Part shown: piece by piece, positions 54,463 to 64,000 of the stretch | Position numbering within the stretch: position 1 is the stretch's first letter | Layout of the letters: each line of letters begins with the position of its first letter | Assembly: GCF_009914755.1 (NCBI RefSeq) | Contig: NC_060928.1 | Reading direction: 5' to 3' (one strand) | Source: the human T2T-CHM13v2.0 reference genome, Homo sapiens | DNA length: 64,000 nucleotides | Program-made: the position numbers and the translations under genes | Notes under the pieces: generated by a model | What the model was told of the DNA's origin: nothing | What the model saw: the letters and a program-made list of their open reading frames with translations, nothing else | The model's database searches: none

Positions 54463-54811
54463 CTGGTTTTTAAAAAGAGACACTGATTTAGTTACTGGTA
54501 AATATAAGGCTTGGAAAATCTGGAGATTTTCAACTAAAGGAATGCTTTAAATGCAAGTAAAAATAATACTAAAATCAGATACATTCTATCCCCATATTTT
54601 ATTAGATCTTTTACTTTGTCTATACTCTCATGAAGCTATACGGTAAACCAAGCTAGTTCCTATTATGAGAGATTACTGTGGAAGTAACTTCTGTTATTTC
54701 AGAAAAATGAGAACTTGGCTTATTTTAAGAATTTTAAAAATTATACATCTAATGCTATTCTCTTAATGCATTTTAATATAAAATTATTTAAGTAGCATTC
54801 TCACCACTTAC

Positions 54812-55139
54812 TGGAAATATCCTCCCTTTAAGATAAGAAATCTCTGTGTCTAATTCTCTTAGTATTTTACTAATAGCTGAGCCCAAGCTGCGGAAGTGCA
54901 GAGTAGACATGCTGTCGTGTTCACATATTTTTTTGCCTGAGGCTTCTTCAAAGTCAACTAGGATTGACCGGATTTCTTGAAGCACTCCCTCATGACTAAG
55001 CATCATTTTTCGTAGTTGCTCTATCTGTGTGTTGCTGTCTTTCAGCATGTCCTCTTTAAGGCATTTGGCAGCTTCAAGTTCATGAACTGTATTTTGAAGC
55101 TGATTTCTTAAATCCTCCTGGGACTGACTCTCCCTTCGT
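54812..55139 (-). CDS. CCDC158: CCDC158 coding exon (RRESQSQEDL...KGRIFP)
   Basis: tttcatag acceptor, CCA|gtaagt donor, 328 nt; within ORF 54788..55171. Confidence 0.96.
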
Positions 55140-55279
55140 CTATGAAATAAATGAAAGAAAATAAATAACATTGATAAAACTCATATTCACACAAGTAGTT
55201 TTACTACAAACAGTAAAACTTTAAAATAATTTCACATAATGAAAATATGTGACTTTAAAATAATTTCACAAATCCCAAC

Positions 55280-55389
55280 CTGATGTCAGCCATAGCATCT
55301 CTCTCCATTTGCATCTCCTGAAGTTTTGTTTGCAAATCAATGACTGACTGCCTCAAATAAAACTTTTGTTTCTCATGCAATTCATTGCT
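55280..55389 (-). CDS. CCDC158: CCDC158 coding exon (SNELHEKQKF...DAMADI-R)
   Basis: ttttcag acceptor, AG|gttggg donor, 110 nt; peptide matches recalled CCDC158; frame continues into next exon. Confidence 0.95.
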
Positions 55390-55649
55390 CTGAAAAAAAA
55401 AGCCATGCAAATTAATCTTCATTAGAGAAACACATTTCCTTATAGCTAGTAACTTCCAAAGATCTATATATATTTTCAATTCATTTTTATGTCTACTTCC
55501 TTCCCTCACTGCTGCAGTTCAAAGTCTAATTAATAATTTCTCGCTTAGATTATGAGAATACCTTAACCAGTCTCCCTGTATCAAGCTTGACCCCTTTTAA
55601 TCCATTCTCTACAACCAACACTCTGCTTCTAAAACAAATCTTACTTCCA

Positions 55650-56860
55650 GCTCAACATGGAGATAGAAATACATTTTTTACATGAAAACATGAGAATTAG
55701 TTGAAATTCTGTACATAAAAAAGTCAATCCCTACCTCCTACCCACTTAAAATACCTGGCAGCAAACACCACCATCCAAAACTCCAGGTGTCCTACTACAG
55801 AGAAATACACAAAGATTTCTAAGATCAGGCACTGAGGGATCTCCCAGAATAGGAGATGCTGTAGGAGATGCTCCCGTACATAGTTGATGCCATACCTAAT
55901 CCTCCCAAAGCAAAGCCATCAAATTCTGCCCATGAATAGAAAGTTTGCCATCAGATTTTTTATTGCCTAATTGTAGAATATAAACAGAAAACCAAAAACC
56001 ACTGAACACTTGAAGAAAAATCCCAAAGTAATAAATAGATCAAGATCAAATAAACAAGCAAACACCCAGAAAAAAAAGAACCAGAGGAACTAAAGAAAGA
56101 TAATGCAAGGAAAAGAAGAACGCTTCAAAAACTTGTATTTACAGAGAAATTCAAGAGACATTATCAGCATAAAGCAAGAATAAGATGCTATGCCAAATAA
56201 GTGATCAGGGGAGAAAGGGTCACGAAAATTAAAAATATGGTTGTAAAGAAAAAAGTTCAATTCAATAGAAATGTTGCAAGTCAAGAAATTTCCTCCAAAG
56301 GTAGAAAAAGTAGACAAATTTTTGAAACAAAAAGTAAGAGATGTAGAGATTTAACCGAGGTGAAAATATGTTTCCAACAGGAACTTTGGAAAGACAGAAC
56401 TGAAAAAACAGAAGAAAGGAAACGGCCAAAGAAAAAAACGCAACTGAATTCCTCCAAACTGAAAGGCACACATCTACAGACGAACAGGTCTACTGAGTCC
56501 CTAGCAAGGTGAATGAAAAAAAACAAAAATTCATATCTAAGTACATTATGGTGGCATTTCAGAGACAAAGAAAAGATGTTAAAGATGAAATTCAAGTAAG
56601 TAAAAAATAAAAAATCATCTACAAAGGAACAAGAACCAGACAGACATCTTCTCAGTAGCGATACTGAATGCAAAAGCACAGTATCTTCAAAAGATTGAGA
56701 GAAATTACTTTCAACTTTACCGAGCCAATTATCAATGAAGTACGAGTGTAAAATAGAGTCATTCTCAGACATGCAAAGATGCATAAAATATATCTCTTTC
56801 TTAAGAATTTAACAAAGATGTGTTTTGACTAAATGAAGAAGCAGATCGAGAAAGAAGACA
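55650..56860 (+). mobile_element. Old L1M/HAL1-like ORF1 remnant
   Basis: A-rich decayed ORF1-like sequence (ccgagccaattatcaatgaagtacgagtgtaaaatagagtcattctcagacatgcaa). Confidence 0.5.
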
Positions 56861-57013
56861 GGAGAGGCTGGAGGCAGAGCAAGATGGCGGAATAGAAGCC
56901 TACACCATTCATTCCCTAACCCCTGCCACCCTCGATGGGAACACCAAATTTTAAAAACTATCTGCACACAGAAGAGCACCATCATAAGAACACGAAAGTC
57001 AAGTGAAAAATAG

Positions 57014-57371
57014 TGAGGCAGGAAAATAGGGTCTGGAGGCAGGGAACATAAGGCTGATTCACACTTCAGCTGTGACAGGAAATATCCTCTCCTTAGGGTG
57101 TAGGCTGTAAATGACTTTGTAACTTTATTTCATTCTCCCCATTTACATAGGGCATACCCCCAAGTAACCAATGGAATCCTCTAGGGAGTATTTAAACTCC
57201 CAAAAATTCAGTAATGGGGCTTTTGAGTTCCTATGCTCAGGCCTGCTCCCACACTGTGTAGTGTACTTTCATTTTCAATAAATCCCTTCATTCCTTCCTT
57301 GCTTTGTTTGTGTGTTTTGTCCAATTCTTTGTTCAAGATGCCAAGAACCTGGACACCCTCCACCATTAAAA
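57014..57371 (+). mobile_element. ERV1 solo LTR (MER61/MER51-like) inserted in the L1 5' UTR
   Basis: tgaggcaggaaaatagggtctggaggcagggaacataagg start; CCAAT, TATA-like tatttaaa and AATAAA inside. Confidence 0.75.
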
Positions 57372-58115
57372 ATATTATCTGGTTTTAATTCATATGGTGG
57401 AAAGAGGCATTGAGGAGGGCAGGAGAGACAGTCTTGAATCTCCAATGCCACCCCTTCCACCATCCCCCAGCAGTGGCTGTGCAGAGAATCTGCATAGGGC
57501 AGGGAGAGCACAGCAACTGGGGGGTTTTATATTTAACTCAGTGCTGCCCCGTCAGAGGGGAGAATCAAGCCATGCTGAGCTTAGAGGGAGCATTTGGACC
57601 AGCCCTAGCCAGAGGGGAATCGTCCATTTCAGTGGTCAGAACTCGAGTTTCTCAGCAAGCCTCACCACCACATGCTGAAATGCGCTGGGGTCCTAGGTAA
57701 ACTTGAAAGGCAGCCTAGGACACAAGGACTGCAATTCTTAGGCAATTCCTAGTGCTAGGCTGGGCTTAGAGCCAGTAAACTAGGGTGGCATGTGACCTAA
57801 GGAGACCCAAGCTGGTGTGGCTAAGAGAGTGCTTGCACCATCCCTTTCCCAACCCCAGACGGTGTAGCTTGCAACAACAAAAGTGCCTCCTTCCTTCTGT
57901 TTGACGAGGGGAGAGCAAAGCGTAAAAAGGACTTTGTCTTGCATGTTAGGTACCAGTTCAGCCACAGTAGGGTAGGGCAGTGGGCAGAGTCATGAGGCCC
58001 CCATTCCAAGCCCTACCTCCCAGACAATAATTCAAGATACACCCTGGGCCAAAAGGGAACCCATTGCCTTGAAGGGAAGAACACAGTCCTGGAATCGTTC
58101 ATTACCTGCTGACTA

Positions 58116-58951
<836 letters not shown>

Positions 58952-61134
58952 CTAGGTACCAGCTCAGCCACAGTCGGGTAGAGCAACAAGCAGGCTCTTG
59001 GAGTCTCTAAGTCCAGGACTATGCATTGGGACCTGGGCAGGGCAGCATTTCTGGACCTGCCCTGTGTCAGAAGGGAACCTAGTGCCCTAAAGGGTGAGTT
59101 CCAGGCCTGGCAACATTCACCACAAGCTGATCAAAGAGCCCTTGGCTTTAAGTGAACATCAGTGGTGGCCTGGCAGAAACCCCATGGACTAGTGGTGGTG
59201 GTAGCCACAGGGAGAAGCTCCTCTGCCTTTGGAAAGGGGAGGAAAGAATGGGACAGACTTTGTATTGTGGTTTGAGTCAGCTTAGCCGCAGTAGAAAAGA
59301 ACATAAGGTAAACTCCTAAGGTATTTGACTCCAATCCCTGGCTCCTGGACAGCATGTCCGGACATGCACAGGGCCTAGGGGATCTTATCACCCTGAAGGG
59401 AAGGACCTTGGACAAGACTCAGGGCAGTGCTGACTTCAGGTCTGACCCATCACATTCCCAGTGGTGGCAGCCACAGGAGTGCTTGCATAACCACACCCCC
59501 AGTTCCACGTGGCTCAGCACAGAGAGAGAGAGAGAGACTCCATATGTTTGAGAGAAAGGTAAGGGAAAAGAACAAGAGTGTCTGCCTGGTAATCCAGAGA
59601 ATTCTTCCAGATCTTATCCAAGACCACCAAGGCAGTATCCCTATGAGTCTGCAAAAACCATAGCATTATTGGGCTTGGGGTTTTGAATACCTGGAAAGCC
59701 TTCCCGAGAAGAACAGGCACAAATAAGCTCAACTGTGAAGACTACCACAAATAACTAACTTCAATGCCCAGACACCAAAGTACATCTACAAGCATCAACA
59801 CCATCCAGGAAAACATGACCTCACTAAATGAACTAAGTAAGGTACCAGGGACCAATTATGAAAAAACAGAGATATATGACTTTTCAGACAGATAATTCAA
59901 AATATCTGTTTTGAGGAAATTCAAGGAAATTAAAGACAACTCAGAGAAAGAATTCAGAATTCTATCAGATAAATTTAACAAAGAGATTAAAATAATTAGA
60001 AAGAATCAAGCAGAAATATTAGAATTGAAAAATGCAATTGCTGTATTGAAGAATGCATCAGATTCTCTTAATATCAGAAATGATCAAGCAGAAGAAAGAA
60101 TTAGTGAGAAGACAGGGTATTTGAAAATATACAGTCAGAGGAAACAAAAGAAAAAAGAAAAGAAAACAATGAAGCACACCTAAAGCTCTAGAAAATAGCC
60201 TCAAAAGGGCAAATCTAAGTTACTGGCCTTAAAAGGGAGTTAGAGAAGAAGATAGGGGTAGAAAGTTTATTCAAAGGGAAAATATCAGAGAACTTCCCAA
60301 ACCTAGAGAAAAATACCAACATTCAACTACAAGAAGGTTACAGAACATCAGCAGATTTAACTCAAAGAAGACTATCTCAAGGCAATTAATAATCAAACTC
60401 CCAAAGGCCAAGGATAAAGGATCCTGAAAGCAGCAAGAGAAAAGAAACAAATAACATACAATGGAGCTCCAATACATCTGGCAGCAGGCTTTTCAGTGGA
60501 AACCTTACAGGCCAGGAGAGAGTGGCATGACATATTTAAAGTGCTGAAAGAAAAAAACCATCTACTGTAGAATAGTATATCTGGTGAAAATATCCTTCAA
60601 ACATGAAGGAAAAATAAACACTTTTCTAGAAAACAAAAGATGAGGAATTTCATCAACACCAGACCAGACCCATCCTACAAGAAATGCTAAAGGGAGTTCT
60701 TCATTCTGAAAGAGAAGGATATTAATAAGCAAGAATAAATCATCCAAAGGTACAAAACTCATTGGTAATAGTAAGCACACAGAACAATATAACACTGTAA
60801 TTGTGGTGTGTAAACTTCTCTTAAGTAGAAAGGCTAAATGATAAACCAATCAAAAGTAATAATAACTTTTCAAGCCATAGATAGTACAATAAGATTCAAA
60901 GAGAAACAACTAAAAGTTAAATAGTGGGGGCACAAAGTCAAAGTGTAGAGTTTGTATTAGTTTGGTTTTCGTACATTTGTTTGTTTATGCAATCAGTGTT
61001 AAACTGTCATCACTTTTTAAGTGATGGTTTTAAGATAATGGTTTATAAGAGAGTATTGCAAGCCTCATGGTAACCTCAAAGGTAAAAAAACATACAACAG
61101 ATATGCAGAAAATAAAAGCAAGAAATCAAAGCAT

Positions 61135-61212
61135 GGTAGTGGGTTATCAGAACTTATTAACATTAGTGTCACTAGAGTTGGTATAAAACCAACTGCTAAA
61201 TTTGACTGGCTT
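61135..61212 (+). pseudogene. Y4 RNA retrocopy, 5'-truncated
   Basis: GGTAGTGGGTTATCAGAACTTATTAACATTAGTGTCACT...CTGCTAAATTTGACTGGCTT matches recalled hY4; short A tail; exact 15-bp TSD aagaaatcaaagcat at 61120-61134 and 61220-61234. Confidence 0.93.
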
Positions 61213-64000
61213 AAAAATAAAGAAATCAAAGCATACCACCAGAGAAAAATCACCTTCACTAGGAGGAATACAGGAAGGAAAAAAAGAAGGAAGTGAAGAC
61301 CACAAAACAACCAGAAAACAAATAACAAAAATGGCAGGAGTAAGTCCTTAGTCATCAATAACAACATTGAACATAAATGGACTAAATTGTCTAATCAAAA
61401 GACATAGAGTGGTTGAATGGATTAAAAAACAAGACTCAATGATCTGTTGCCAACAAGAAACACACTACACCTACAAAGACACACATAGCCTGAAAATAAA
61501 GGGATGGAAAAAGATATTCCATGCCAATGGAAACCAAAAAAGAGCAGATGTAGCTATACTTATATCAGACAAAATAGATTTGAAGACAAAAACCATAAGA
61601 AGAGACAAAGAAGTCACAATATAATGATAAATGGGTCAATTCAGTAAGAGGATGTAACAATTTAAAATACCTATGGAGCCATGACTGCAGCACCCAGATA
61701 TATAAAGCAAATATTATCAGAAATAAAAGAGAGATAAGCCTCAATACAACAATAGCTAGAGACATCAACACCCCACTTTCAGGACTGGATAGATCATTCA
61801 GACAGAAAATCAACAAAGAAACATAAAACCTAATCTGTACTATAGACCAAATGGAGCCAATAGATATTTACAGAACATTTCATCCAAAGGCTGAAGAATA
61901 CACAGCCTTGTATACACACAGGAATAGACACAGGAATGTTCTGGGCAGAATACATTCCTCAGCACATGGATGATTCTCAAGGAGAGACTATACATTAGGT
62001 CATAAAACAAGTCTTAAAACATTCAAGAAAACCTGAAATAATATCAACCATCTTCTCTGACAACAATGGAATAAAACTACAAATCAATAACAAGGGGAAT
62101 TTTGGAAACCATACAAATACACAGAAATTAAACAATATGCTCCTAAATGACCAGTGAGTCAATGAAGAAATTAAGAAGGACATTTAAAATTGTATTGAAA
62201 CATATGATAATGGAAACACAACATCCCAAAACCTATGGTATACAGTGAAAGCAGTACAAAGAGGGAAATATATAGCTATTAAGTGCCTACTTCAAAAAAG
62301 AAGAAAAACTGCAAATAAACAATTTAAATGATGTATTTTAAAGAACTAGAAAAGCAAGAGCAAACTGAACCCAAAATTAGTACAAGAAAAGAAATAATAA
62401 AGATCAGAGCAGAAATAAAATGAAAAAAATACAAAAGATCAATGAAACAGAATGTTGGTTTTTTGAGAAGATAAACAAAATTGACAAACCTTTAGCAAGA
62501 CTAAGAAAAAAAGAGAGAAGACCCAAATAAATAAAATCAGAGACAAAAAAAGGATACATTACAACTGATACTGCATAAATTCAAAGGATAATTTGTGGCT
62601 ACTATGAGTGATTACATGCCAATGAACTGGAAACATCTAGAAGAAAAGGACAAATTCCTAGACACATTCAACTTACCAGGATTGAACCCTGAAGAAATCT
62701 AAAACCTGAACAAGTCCCAGTAAAGAAAAGCCCAGGACCTGATGGCTTCACTGCTGAATACCAAACATTTAAAGAAGTAACACCAATTATACTCAACTGT
62801 TCCAAAAACATAGAGGAAGAAGAACTTCTTCCAAACTCATTCTATGATGGCAGTTATTACCCTGATACCAAAACCAGACAAAGACACATCAAAAAAAGAA
62901 AACTACAGGTCAGTATCTCTGATGAATACTGATGCAGAAATCCTTAACAAAATACTAGCAAGCTGAATTCAGCAATACATTAAAAAGATCATATATCATG
63001 ACTAAGTGGGATTTATCCCTGGGATGCAAGGATGGTTAAACATATGTAAATCAATCAATGTGATACATCATATCAACAGAATGAAAAACAAAAACCATAT
63101 GATTATTTCAATTGAGGCTGAAAAAGCATTTGATAAAGTTAAACATCTTTTCAGGACAAAACTCAAAAAAAATGGGTATAGAATAGAAAATAATGAAGCA
63201 CACTTACAAGATCAACATAATAAAAGTCATATATGACAGAACCACAGCTAGTATCATACTGAAGGGAGAAAAATTGAAAGCCTTTCCTGTAAGATCTGGA
63301 ACATGACAAAGATACCCACTTTCACCATTGTTATTCAACATAGTACTGGAAGTCCTAGCTTGAGCAATCACATAGAGAAAGAAAGAAAGGACATCCAAAT
63401 TGGAATGGAAGAAGTCAAAATATCCTTGTTTCCAGATGATATAATCTTATATTTGGAAAAACCTAAAGACTCCACCAAAAAAAATGTTAGAACTAATAAG
63501 CAAATTCAGTCAAGTTGCAGGATACAAAGTTAACATATAAAAATCAATAGCATTTCTATATGCCAACAGTGAGCAATCTGAAAAAGAAATCAAAAAAGTA
63601 ATCCCATTACAAGTTCCACAAATAAAATGAAATACTAGGAATTAACCAAAGAAGTGAAAGACCTCAACAATGAAAACTATAAAATGCTGATGAAAGAAAT
63701 GGAAGAGGACACTAAAAATCAGAAAGATATCCCATGTTCATTGATTAGAAAAATCAATACTGTTAAAATGTCCATACAATCCAAAGCAATCTACAGATTC
63801 AATGCAATCCCTATAAAAATACTAATGACATTCTTCACAGAAATAGAAAAAACAATCTTAAAATTCATATGGAATCACAAAAGACACAGAATGGCCAAAG
63901 CTATCCTCAACAAAAAGAATAAAACTGGGGGAATCACATTACCTGACTTCAAATTACACTACAGAGCTACAGTAACCAGAACAGCATGGTACTGGCATAA

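Overview
Primate (human-like) genomic DNA, AT-rich and repeat-dense. The window holds 17 internal coding exons of the coiled-coil gene CCDC158 on the minus strand. By hand they splice through GT..AG boundaries into one continuous frame of 2642 nt (about 880 codons, SNELHEKQKF...SSETLSR); the start and stop exons lie outside the window. The introns contain a near full-length hAT/Charlie3-like DNA transposon, an L1PA fragment with a SNX5 processed pseudogene inside it, two MaLR (MST/THE1) proviruses, solo LTRs, a long L1 running off the right edge with a Y4 RNA retrocopy inside it, a full-length U6 retrocopy apparently fused to an unknown polyadenylated segment, about 23 Alus and older L2/MIR/MER remnants. 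I see no convincing new multi-gene system. The best leads are the SNX5 retrocopy, which looks like a fossil of an exon-skipped, alternative-5'-exon transcript; the U6 chimera; a candidate truncating alternative 3' end of CCDC158; and several template-switch or hairpin signatures. Gene and repeat-family names come from recall of known sequences, not from database searches.
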